This document shows positions 12,283-23,731 of a DNA stretch of 64,000 nt, piece by piece. The notes under the pieces are model-generated. The model had not been told where the DNA came from and did not search any database. It saw nothing but the letters and a program-made list of their open reading frames with translations. The translations under genes were made by a program, and so were the position numbers. Each line of letters starts with the position of its first letter. Position 1 is the first letter of the stretch. Source of the DNA: Toensbergia leucococca (taxonomy: Eukaryota). The stretch spans positions 1-64,000 of the forward strand of contig JALDZS010000082.1 in the NCBI GenBank assembly GCA_022813965.1, written 5' to 3'.

Positions 12283-14303
12283 ATGCAAACAGCGTCCACC
12301 ATTTATGAGAGTAGACAAGATTCCCGCCGTATCAATTTCCTAGAGTTCCCAGTGTGTGTCAGAAACACCGTGTACCGAGTCCTCTTCCGCACAAAAACAT
12401 CTTTCTTACTACCCGAGCTCGAACCATCAGACACTACTTCAAACCTAGCAATGGCGACTGGCTCCGACAGAGGACAGGACTGTGTCTTTTAAGGACTTGC
12501 AAGAAAGTTTGCGAGGAAGCATCTCGAGTACTGTACGGGGAGAATACATTACACTTCGCTCCAGACGATGTAAAGCAAATTGCCGAAGTCCTAGCTCGCA
12601 TTTCTGCTAGAAATTGTGCAAACATTAGGCGTGTTGTTCTTGATTTTGAGCAGAGTCAGCATAACGCTCTGTGGAAATCTTGGACTGTCGATAATCGCGA
12701 GTTTGGGTCCACGCGGGAGCAGCTTCTAGGCGTCTGCTGGCGTGATCACTATCAATATCTCTGGACCGGACACGAGGAAAGATTCCAAGACATTCTTGAC
12801 GAGCGCCTTGAGAATTCCTCATACCACTGTTCCGCAGATACTGTGGAGAGTCAGTTGACAAACCTCCACGACGATATCCAGCCAGAGTGCTTGTTTGACT
12901 TCGACCTGAACGAGGGTTATCCGGAGTGGAATCGAGAAGGCTTCCCTGATACGGTTCCTCCGAGGGAGATTGACCAAAGAGACATTACCAAGGCATTGCA
13001 GTCGTTGACAAGATGTACAAATCTACGGCAGCTACGACTCGTGTTTCCAGACCCTCAACGATATGTCGCTGGATGGAGATGCCTCGTCGACGATGATGAT
13101 TTGTTAAAAGCCTTTCGTCAACTTGCAGTTACTGAGCAGTTGCGTGTAGAGGGAATCGACGACCTTGGTGCTTTAGGGGAAATCGTGGACCTCGTAAATG
13201 TGCCCAAAGCTACTGCAACGCTGAATAACAGTAGCGCTCGTCCACACCTGCATGTCGAGGCTGGTAGACCCAATCTTCGCGCATACTCCAACTGGCGAGT
13301 TACAAAGTCAACTTGGAAGACAATTCAATTCGAGAGAATCCAAACTGAAGAGCCTCCAAGAGACCGAATTTCGTTTCTGCCGAGAGAGCTCGTACGCTAC
13401 ATCTTAAGTTACGTTTTCGAAAACCCAGACTGGGAGCCTGAGCATGATTGGGAGAATGGACCTCTTATGTCGAATGAGCTTGCAGGATTCCATTTTCAAC
13501 GTTATGCTCATATTTGGACTCGCGTTGATATTGAGGTTTTTCCAACGTCCTGCTACGGTTTCAAAAACGCATTATCATTAATCAAAGTTTCCAAGCTATT
13601 CTACCATGAAGCCGTCGATGTTTTATATCGGGACTCGGTATTCACCCTTCGAATTGGAAATCATGGTGCGATGCTCAAATTTCTCACCAATATTGGCGAA
13701 TCAAACAGATCAAAAATACGCTTTCTTTGCATAGACTGGGCTGCTTGCAGTAGAAAATCAATGAAGTACATGGATGAAGAGACCGGCGATCTTTTCCCCG
13801 TCTCAATGGATTACAAATATGGCATAGACGGCGAGTCCTGGGCGAGCTCGAATAGAAGGAACATGCACTGCCTCTCGCAGGTTTTCCGCACGCTCACGCT
13901 TCTACAGTGCGGCCCACCATTGCACTGGCTCCTTCTATCTCTTCCCAAGTTACAAAGAGTTTCGGACTTCTGTGTTTCCAGCCTCGACGTTTTGCACATC
14001 GATCGTATCCTCAAAGCATGCGCTCGCATTAAAGCGCAGAGCCTATGGCTTTGGGACACCACAGATCTGTCACGTGGCGAGTTATTCGCGAGAAGCATGG
14101 GGGCTTCGGCGCTTTTCATGCAGAGAACAGGCCTGACAACGGACGAAGACATGGTACGGCTTCACAGGAAGCAGGGCTGGGAAATCAGTGGGTGGACCAT
14201 ATCCAAGAGACTTATACCCACCAGCGGTTGCGCAAATGGACGCATAGGCGTAGACACATTGTTCTTGTTAGATTTTGAGCCTAATTTCGATGATTGGCAT
14301 TGA
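12283..14303 (+). pseudogene. Frameshifted F-box-like protein with two tandem (F-box-like + LLxxCK..EAxxVLY..FLxxIG..IRxL) modules
   Basis: Frame A: INFLEFPVCVRNTVYRVLFRTK. Frame B continues NIFL..LCLLRTCKKVCEEASRVLYGENTLHF. The shift falls at the A-run near 12393-12397 with no intron signals. Second module: ISFLPRELVRYILSYVF..LIKVSKLFYHEAVDVLY..FLTNIGESNRSKIRFLCI. Could be an intact gene with a sequencing indel. Confidence 0.65.
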
Positions 14304-14355
14304 TGTATCGATGATTGGCATTGATGTATCGATGATTGGCATTGATGTATCGATG
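14287..14355. repeat. 21-bp tandem repeat x3.3 (TCGATGATTGGCATTGATGTA) spanning the stop codon
   Basis: Three perfect units plus TCGATG, read directly. Confidence 0.95.
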
Positions 14356-16072
14356 CCAAAGCGGAGGGAGTTCAACTAGCTCATCTCTCGGTGCTCTATT
14401 AGCACTCGCATTTACTCCATCCAGTGGCCACCTGTATTTTCAATGCTCCCTCCTGAACCGGCCCTCCTCCGTCCCAACAATCTAAGTCATATGTCCTTAC
14501 CGTAAGTTCAGGTTGTTCATAACGTATGTAGCCAGAGCTGCGAAATTTTGCTACATTGTTTAGGACTGACTGGATTGTGCAGCCTTACTACTCTGTGTCG
14601 AGATGAAAGCAGTGTTTATGACGGTTGATTCTTTAGCTAAGGAGGAGAGGACCACGATATATAAGATATTCTCAACTGTAATCAAAAATGTGGAGATTTC
14701 AACAGAACGAGATTGTTCTACCGTTGAGACTACATCAGATTGTCACTTGATGTGGAAGGGACTTTGTGGCATCCTTTGACCTTGGTCGAGCTCACCAATG
14801 TAGACAATCAAATATATGGTGGTGTATATAGAGCAGCACGACTCGAATAAAATAATAATCAACTGGGCTATGGTACCATAGTGATACTATATCCAGAGTC
14901 AGCTTTACATCTCAGCCATCTATTCCAGAAATATCAAAGCAACTTACCTCATTCTCCTTGCTCTTGCCCTCATTCAATCAGTTTCAGCTCTATCAGCCAT
15001 ACTCGTGCCCTCTCCAAAATCGAATCAAAACCGATCCGGCTCAATCAAGCTATCACATTTAGTAAAATGAAAACCATCGAAACATCCATCGTTCTTATTC
15101 TCCTCGCCGCCATTGCTCGGGTAGCTGCCGCAGCTACAGCTCAATAAGGACCCTGTATAATGTTCGTTTAGATCTGCCCTCTTCCTCATCTTGCCTCATT
15201 TTTGACTATGCACTCACTCTTCAAAAGCTTTTCTAGGGGCAACGACATCCGGATACAGTATAGTCTGATGAGCAAAATTGATAGCTACCCTCTCAGATGT
15301 ATGTGGAAAGCTCTCAGAGCATGCAAATCAGATCCACCTCAATACAAAAGGCTGAAGTTATGTTTTAGCACAGAGACATAATGAGACACTTATCCAGCTC
15401 TCTTTGTGAGCAAGTTTGACGACTCCTTGACGAGAATAAAGGTTTCCAAGTAAAATTGTGTCTAGCTCGTGGATTGTACACGGATGAATATGAGTAGACA
15501 CTCGGTTCAAGACCTGTATCGTGGCCCTTTTGTTTCTGAGAGTGTATGTTACGATACCCTGATTTTGACGTTCTTTCAATAAGTCAAGTGTCTTCTCTAA
15601 GGTCATCTTAGTGATTGAGCTTTCTGCTCCTTCAAATTGAAGTTGAATTATCACTTCTATGAGCGTTTAAATGTGAATTTCAGAACACAACAAGGGAATA
15701 CACTTACAAGCAGATACTAATTTCATAAGGGTACTAAACTACTGTAAACTACTGCAATTGTATGTAAACAGTGTGAAGAAAAGTGTACAATAAGAACCAA
15801 GACAAAGATCATGTGTGAGATTCACTGTGAGATAGTTGAAAGTCATGGTCATTTACTTTAAGAAAGGTATCACTGGCATGTTTAAGGCTACCGTAGCTGG
15901 TACTCCGTAGAATAGCGTCACGTTAAGGTAATTGATTGGCGCAAGCGGCCTCGGCTCGTTAGCCACAAGGCCATTATCTCACCACTCGCCTGTGAGTTGC
16001 AACTCCATCCTCTCACATCGTCGCCTCAGTCGAACAAATCTCCGACCATAGCTGACTGACAAGATTTTCAAG

Positions 16073-18268
16073 ATGAGTTTCATGGGATTGCAGAGATGCG
16101 TGGGCACAGTGAGTAGTTCGCTCCAGTATCCAGTTGAGGTGTTCAAATCTGACTACCTGCGTGTTGTTCGTAGGCATCGAAGGCAACAAGACAGAATTGC
16201 CGCCAATTCTCCGCTACCAGGCCTGCCGGTACAGTCCTTATACTACCCTGATGTCCTCACTGAGCTGTGTGACTGATATCCGTCGCAGCACGTATCATTG
16301 CAAACCAGCCACTGCGTGCCAAGGAGGCTTCCCCATTCATCAGCAACAAGTACCCAGTCATTGACCACGAGTATGACGCTCTCGTTGTCGGCGCCGGTGG
16401 CTCTGGTCTGCGAGCAGCTTTCGGTCTGGCCGAGGCTGGCTTCAACACGGCTTGTATATCCAAATTGTTTCCAACACGAAGTCATACAGTAGCCGCTCAA
16501 GGAGGTATTAATGCTGCCCTCGGAAAGTCCGTGTTGTTTCTCACTAGTCTTGATATGCTACAGCAATGTAACCTCGGACTCAATACCAATACTAACTTTC
16601 TCTCAGCATGCACGAGGATGATTGGCGGTGGCATATGTACGACACAGTCAAGGGCTCGGATTGGCTAGGAGACCAGGACGCAATTCATTATATGACGAGG
16701 GAAGCACCCCAAAGCGTGATAGAATTGGAAAATTACGGATGCCCCTTTTCAAGAACAGACGAAGGAAAGATGTATGGACCAAATAACTCTTCGTCAAGTG
16801 TCCGATTTACTGATAGCTGAATAGCTACCAACGAGCTTTCGGTGGGCAATCACAGAAATACGGAAAGGGAGGCCAAGCCTATCGATGTTGTGCTGCAGCA
16901 GATCGAACGGGCCACGCCCTGCTTCATACCCTATATGGCCAATCGCTAAGACACAACACCAATTACTTTATTGAATATTTTGCTCTGGATCTCATTATGG
17001 AGGATGGAGAATGCAAAGGCGTCATTGCATACAATCAAGAAGATGGCACGCTACACCGATTCCGATCACATAATACTGTCCTAGCTACTGGAGGTTACGG
17101 ACGAGCATACTTCAGCTGTACCTCAGCCCACACTTGCACGGGAGATGGCATGGCTATGGTGGCACGTGCGGGTCTCCCTAACCAAGACTTGGAATTCGTT
17201 CAATTCCATCCCACGGGTATCTACGGCGCCGGCTGTTTGATCACTGAAGGGTCCCGAGGTGAAGGTGGATATCTACTAAACTCAGAGGGTGAGAGATTTA
17301 TGGAACGCTATGCACCTACAGCCAAGGATCTTGCGAGTCGAGATGTTGTATCTCGTTCAATGACCATGGAGATCCGCGAGGGCCGGGGGGTCGGACCTGA
17401 TAAGGACCATCTCTTCTTGCAACTCAGTCATCTACCACCAGAGGTTCTCCATGATCGTCTCCCAGGTATATCTGAGACGGCGTCAATTTTCTCTGGGGTT
17501 GACGTCCGCAAGCAACCGATTCCAGTCCTACCAACAGTCCACTACAACATGGGCGGTATCCCAACCAAGTACACCGGCGAAGTCCTTACCATCGACGAGG
17601 CGGGTAACGACAAAGTAGTTCCAGGTCTCTTTGCCTGTGGAGAAGCGGCCTGTGTCTCTGTCCATGGAGCCAACCGCCTCGGCGCCAACTCCCTACTCGA
17701 TTTAATCGTTTTCGGACGCGCCGTCTCTCACACCATTCGCGACAGATTTTCACCCGGCGCACCACATCAAGAAATCAGCGCCGACGCAGGTGCAGACACC
17801 ATCAGCGTCCTTGACACGGTCCGTACCGCTGACGGCTCAAAATCAACCAACGAGATCAGAAGCGCCATGCAAAAGGTCATGCAAACCGATGTCTCCGTCT
17901 TTCGCACCCAAGAATCCCTAGAAGAAGGTGTCAAAAGGGTCAAGGACGTCGATAACTCCTTCACAGAAGTCGGTACCAAAGACCGAAGTATGATCTGGAA
18001 CAGTGATCTCGTGGAGACTTTGGAACTAAGAAACCTGTTGACTTGCGCTGTCCAGACCGCCGAGTCTGCGGCCAACAGGAAGGAATCGAGAGGGGCTCAC
18101 GCTAGAGAGGATTTCCCGGATCGTGACGACGAGCATTGGATGAAGCATACGCTTTCGTTTCAGAAAAAGCCACAGGGCGAGGTCGAGTTGGGCTATCGAC
18201 AGGTAGTCAGTCATACACTGGATGAGAACGAGTGTAAGTCTGTGCCGCCGTTCAAGCGGGTGTATTAG
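16073..18268 (+). CDS. SDH1: Succinate dehydrogenase flavoprotein subunit, mitochondrial
   Basis: Motifs: [38 protein letters not shown] (covalent-FAD His), [14 protein letters not shown] and C-terminal VPPFKRVY. Mitochondrial presequence lies in short 5' exons. Confidence 0.97.
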
Positions 18269-18789
18269 AGGCTGCTGGATCGAGTTGGGGGTGGTAGTTG
18301 GGACGTGTGCATTTTAAGGCGTTTTTATAAGTGGAGGTCTTTTGTGTGAGAATATGAAATATTGATGTTCAGCGCTGTAGGTGGTTTTATATACGCTTAC
18401 CAGTGCATTCGGTATCTGTTGTACGATGTGAATATGCTGTGCTCACCGGAGGTACTTGCATGTCAAGCAGGTTGCTGTAATTTTTTTGAAAGGGGTTGAA
18501 GAGCCAGTAGTATCAGAAGCACAACAAAACTCGAAGGTCTATTGTCCCTAGCCACCTCGGCGCAAGAGTCTGCTTAAAGAGTCGCCTTCACTCTATTCAT
18601 AAAACCCCTTCCATCCGCACACTGGACACTTAATCTTATTAAAAGAACTCCTAGACCCTCCCAACATTATTATCAGCAAAAGAGATTCTTCACTTAGCCT
18701 ACTCCGTAGTCACAAGTAAATAATGAAATTTAAAATCATTCTCATCCCCTCTTTCTTGAACTTGCTGTAAATTGAAATAAAAATTTACT

Positions 18790-20540
18790 CAACTTTCCTT
18801 CTTTTCTTTCCCTCCCTTCCTTCCCATCAACAACACACACCCTTTTCTTTTCTTTTCATCCCAAATGCAAACTCCAGACCACAAAGCCTTCCCCTCCGAC
18901 CCCCCCCCCCACCCCCACAAAAAGGTCAAGAACTCATGTTTAGAAAAAAAAAACAAAACAAACTCTAGAATTTCCTGTAAAAAAAAAGTGGGTAGATGTT
19001 TTCTATTCCAAATACGACTACTCAACCTTTCCCAAAAATATAAACGTGACAGAAACCCCCACGCCCCAAAAATGTCGAGACGACGTAACGGTTCTCCCTT
19101 CCTTTTCCACCCCTCCCATTTTTTTTCTTCTTCTTAGTGGGCCAGAGGGAGCAGGGAAGGGGGCGCTGATAAGCGCGAAATTAAACCTGCGAATTAAAGC
19201 TCATTGAAAGGTTCGTCTGGGATATGGATGGATGGTACACCACCATCTGTCTAAACTCTACTCTCTTTGCTGCTTTTTTTGTTGTTTGTCTGTGGCGGGT
19301 TGGTGTGGATGTGAGGGGCTGGTGTTTGTGGCTCGTTGCGTTTGGGATTGGGGGGGGGTGGGGTGATGAGGATGAAAGAGTTGGTTTTTTGGTTTTGTGT
19401 TCTGTTTGTGAGTCGTGAGTTTGGGAGTTTGGGAGTTGGGAGGTGGGAGGTTGGGGGGGGGGTTGGGATGTGTTTTTTTTTGGGTTTGGGGGGGGGGGGG
19501 AGGGAAAGGGATAGCTGGATAGGTCCTTTGTGTGTGAGTGAGAGAGAGGCGGTGGAGAAAATGATTGGTTGAGGAGGGGGAGGGATGGAATGAATGGGTA
19601 TGTGTGATTGGGATTGAGGGAATGAGGGATTGATGGATGGATACTTGTGTATCCATGAAGAGGAGGGTAGAATAGAGGGGCGAAGAAAGCAGATCGGGGA
19701 AGTGTGCACCTCGAAGGGTGTTCTTGGACCCCGAACAGAATCTCCCAAAAAAACAAAAACAAAAAAAAAACAAAAATTTAAACATCCACAAAAGAAAACA
19801 CACACACCTCACCACCCCCCTATCGACTTTGGAAACCATCCCACGATAAAGGGACCAAGAGTCTACAATCAACAATCAATCAATTCCATCAACTGCCCCC
19901 TTCCGTCCACGCCCCCCACCCCACTCCTTCCCTCCCCCCTCTAATTAATCAAATTAATCATACAATCACCCTCCCCCCTCCCAACCCCACACCAAACCCC
20001 CCCCCCCCCAAAAAAAACACGAAAGGAAGAAAAAGAGAAGAAAATTCGTCACCCTCCCCCACCCCCACGGGCAACTCACTCCCTCCAAAAAGGACAAAAA
20101 AGAAAAAAATCTTAAATCGTTCCATTTTCCACACAAGGAGAAGGAAGGAGTGAATTAGCATTCATCTAAAATAAAAAATAAAAAAAGGTCCCCTTTTCCC
20201 TCCCCCACGCTAGTGCAAAAAGTCCCCATTCCGACTTTAAAAAAACAAATAGTAAAGTTGATTTGTCCTTAAAGCTTAGAGAAGAAAAACAAGGAGTGGG
20301 GAAAAAAAAAGTTAGGGTATCAGCAAAAAAAACAAAAAAAGCACGACACGTTCAAAAAGCCCAGCACAAAGAGCAAAACCCAGCCTCGCAGATGATCGAA
20401 ACCCATGACTGTAAATTGGCGACTCGGCGGGTTGAGGAGGAGAGGCCGCGAACCAAGTGTGGAAGTAATCAAGGACACAATCGCTGCGTAAATTCGTGAC
20501 AAAATGGGTTCCAACAAACAGTTGGGAGAAAAAAGGGGGA
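18790..20540. repeat. Low-complexity, homopolymer-rich intergenic tract between convergent SDH1 and hapB
   Basis: Many A/C/G/T runs of 8-13 nt in alternating A/C-rich and G/T-rich blocks. The ORFs here are compositional artefacts. Confidence 0.8.
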
Positions 20541-20656
20541 GATGGATAATAATGGCAGTTGCGTCCTAGGCAATTCTGTCCCAAACAAATTCTGTAGGCA
20601 GTCTCGCCCTGTCCGTTCGCCTACTCCTCTCATGCCATTATGACCAGCACAAAGCC

Positions 20657-21784
20657 TTATCCATCATCCTCGCCATCTCCCTCCCCCTCATCCTCGTCCT
20701 CCGGCTCCTCGCTTTCTTCAGCACTTGTACTCCTTCTTGGTGCCTCATTCTTGCTCTTCTTTGACGCCGACACGGGTCCATCACCACCCATCGCGCCGGC
20801 TTTTCTCTTCTGCCCGGATCCTCGCGAGCTGGGTAAGCCCTTGACTGGAGTATCAGGCGATTCCTTGATGCCGCCATCTTCAAGGTCGCCGCCTTTGCCG
20901 GACTCAATGGCGGCGACCTCGTCAGCTGTTAGGAAGCGCCCTCCTGGCCCTCGAGGCCGGCGCATTGCGTGCTTGTGTCTTGATTCGTGAAGGTACGGTT
21001 TCCGTCCTTTTGACGTCAGGCGGAGGGCTTCTTCTAGCCGTTGCCGGGCTACCCGCCTTTTCAGTATGCGATGGAATTGTTTGGCGTTTACATACAGTGG
21101 CGACTCTTCGGCGCCGCTTGCGACCACCTCCGGCGAAGGTTGATGCTGTTGTTGCAGGGGTGGCGGCATTTGCGGGGGGACTGAATTTCGTGGTGGTTGG
21201 TGATTCATCATCACCGTCTGGGCATTCTGTACGTGTGGACTGCTGACTCCATGGCTGATTCGCCTCTGGGCCATCTGATGATTCTGGACTTGTGACGGTA
21301 AGGGTGGCATCTGCTGATGTGATACTTGCTGTGGCGATCGCGGTGCTCGTTCATTCTTGACTGCGGTGCCTCCCATCCTTGGTGATCCTCGAGCCAAGGC
21401 ATCGGGCATCGTAGTTTGCGGCACGTAGTAGCTATTCTGGCCTGATGCAGCCGCAGTCGCCATCGCTGCTGCCTGTGAGATATATTGGGGGTGCATGGGT
21501 GGAGCAACACCATAGGATTGGGGGTATCCGAGTTGCTGATGGACTGAGTGGTTCGATGTAGGTGGAGGTTGCGGTTGATATCCATGGCCTTGAGAAGGTA
21601 ATATGGGTGAAGCCTGGTGGTTGGAGTGTTGCTGGTGAAGTTGTGGTGGTTGGTTTGGAGGTGATGTGATAGATGGGACTCCTGTTCCTGCATTCTGTTG
21701 CGCGTTCTGGTATCCTCCTTGCAAGTGCGGCGCGTGTGGATGTTGCCCATGTGGGGGTGGTTGGTATTGCGCGTAGTCCATCAT
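20657..21784 (-). CDS. hapB: CCAAT-binding complex subunit HapB (Hap2/NF-YA)
   Basis: PLYVNAKQFHRILKRRVARQRLE...RKPYLHESRHKHAMRRPRGPGGRFLT is the NF-YA core. Q/P-rich N-terminus begins MMDYAQYQ (ATG 21784 or 21781). Confidence 0.95.
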   Translation of the reverse strand: MMDYAQYQPPPHGQHPHAPHLQGGYQNAQQNAGTGVPSITSPPNQPPQLHQQHSNHQASPILPSQGHGYQPQPPPTSNHSVHQQLGYPQSYGVAPPMHPQYISQAAAMATAAASGQNSYYVPQTTMPDALARGSPRMGGTAVKNERAPRSPQQVSHQQMPPLPSQVQNHQMAQRRISHGVSSPHVQNAQTVMMNHQPPRNSVPPQMPPPLQQQHQPSPEVVASGAEESPLYVNAKQFHRILKRRVARQRLEEALRLTSKGRKPYLHESRHKHAMRRPRGPGGRFLTADEVAAIESGKGGDLEDGGIKESPDTPVKGLPSSRGSGQKRKAGAMGGDGPVSASKKSKNEAPRRSTSAEESEEPEDEDEGEGDGEDDG

Positions 21785-21978
21785 ATGTGGGAATGGCTGG
21801 AGCAAGACCAGACGACTGATGCAAAAACCAGGTTACGTATTCCTAGACCGCGGTTGCCTGTCCTCGCACGCCGCACGCGCAAGATGTGGCACTGAATGGG
21901 GAGCCAGTATGGCCAAGTATGGTCAGTGCCAACCGTGTTTTGATCCAAAAGTAGCAGGCACTGGTGATGACTTGTTTG

Positions 21979-23731
21979 ATTGGCACGATGGGCTGACCAG
22001 TGATGAAGAGGTTCTCGAAGGCAGATTGTGCCGAGAATCAGATTGGAGGAAGAATTATGCGCGAAGCTGCAGCCCTGTCATCGCATTAGTGTCTGCATGC
22101 AACCCTCCGATTCCATTGGACCATTGTCAAACAAATTACTCACCAGCAAACAATAGCTTCAACTAGCAGTTGCAACTGTTATATCAAAATACGTGATGAT
22201 CTCGAGAGTCTTTTAGATCTTTCCAATACTCGGACACTCCGCTTACTTTTTCAATTTTAGATGGCGAAAAGAGCGCAGTGCGGACGTGGTTAGGCCTCTA
22301 TGCAGCGGCGTATACCGCATGCGTTGTCAGTTAAGCTATCGCAGTGCTTTAGGCCTAGGTCGCTGATAGAAGGCCTCCGCAGCGGTCGTTGAGGCGGCAA
22401 TGTGACGTGCAAAGCCCAACTATACCCTGGTACAATATTTTAATCCTGCCCTCTTCGCACTATCCGGCTTGATAATTCCGATTGAAAGTGAGGCGGTGCT
22501 CGGGTATAGTGGCAGACTCCAGTGCTGAAAGCCACTACTAGGAGTTCCTGAGGATCTAGCGTGTTCGTACCACTGCCGGCAAAGCAATAGTCGATAAGAG
22601 CCAGCTCGAATGCCAATGGACTCTGAGAAGTTTGAACCTATTAGCAAGATTCTCAGCGTGTAAAGTGGCAACGATTGGAAGTTGGGGCGAAGGGAAAAGG
22701 CGGTGATTGGAAGTGGTGCGTTGGCATTGCATAGTGCGCGGGAGGGTCATGCACGAGGGACATACCTTGTCGATCAGCACTTTGCGACTCTGGAGCGTGT
22801 GAAACTCAGACAGGCGATACCTGAAGTGATAAATGATGTGCACAGGGGCTATATGTATCTTGGGGGCGCATCGGTGGGGTTGCTCAAATTCTTCAGTGGT
22901 GTACAAGCGCTTGTAACGCGGTCGGATGAGCCGATTGTTGATCAGAAGCTGTAGCTCGTATTATGCGCTATCCGAAGTAGCACAATTGCTAAGGTAGGTA
23001 AGCTGGACGTTGAAATGCTGCAATGCGATGCAATGTTAGTTGCGTCATACATCGTTGGCGCGTTGGAGGGGAATTGGGATTCCCCGCCCGGCAGCGACGT
23101 CGTCAGACTCGAAGAGTAAAAGATGAAGATTGACTAACCGCGAGAGCCTTGGTGTCTAAGTCCTAGAGCTTCGCTTGATTGACTGGCTGTGAGTCTTCAA
23201 TTGCCCAAACGTGGAATTGGGACGCCGTCAATCAGCTGACGTTTGGTGGGGAGGTTTTGTTGATAGTGGACGGGATGCGATAGGCCGGAATGGCGATGCA
23301 CTGGAGATCTTCCGTGGGTTAGAGAATAGGTTAGATAGATTAGTAGGCTCAAGAGGATTGGTGATTGGAGTTGGGAGCGAGCCAGTGAAGAGGCTGGGCG
23401 GAAGATTGGGACCAAGATTTGACCTCGATTAGCGCCAGGCGGGGGGGGGAGTCGTGAAGGAGAAAAAGACGAAAGGGAAAATTGAATTTTTTGGTCGAGG
23501 AACAATGTGATTGGAAGACGGCTCAATATATACGCAGGCTTGAATTTTAATGGCGACTCGCTTGTGGCGCCGGCTGGACTTGCTCTACTTGCTCCGTGTA
23601 TTTTCCAAGTCGGTGAGCCTGAAATGATTGTCTGACGCAAAGAAGCGGAAATACTGCTCCCTAAGCGCATACAAAACCTGCACGGAAGGATTACTCGCAT
23701 TACATATAAATCAACAATTACTAACAATTGG
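21979..23731 (-). promoter_or_regulatory. Cluster of ~13 CCAAT pentamers upstream of hapB
   Basis: ATTGG on + at about 21979, 22042, 22115, 22674, 22706, 23073, 23216, 23357, 23364, 23405, 23510 and 23727. CCAAT on + at 22223 and 22613. Confidence 0.55.

Noticed and set aside
657..15147. Stop-codon reassignment to explain in-frame TGA/TAG/TAA
   Set aside because: Conserved genes end normally with TAG (RPT1, SDH1, ERG26), TAA (CCT4, uncA) and TGA (TRS23, RPB4). The lesions are confined to accessory genes.
10300..15900. Starship element
   Set aside because: There is no DUF3435 tyrosine-recombinase captain and no definable boundaries, and the island is small.
18789..20584. Long ORFs in low-complexity tracts (also 3716-4717, 44125-45262, 61720-62451)
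   Set aside because: P/K/F/G-rich translations of homopolymer DNA in several frames at once, with no domains or coherent splice structure.
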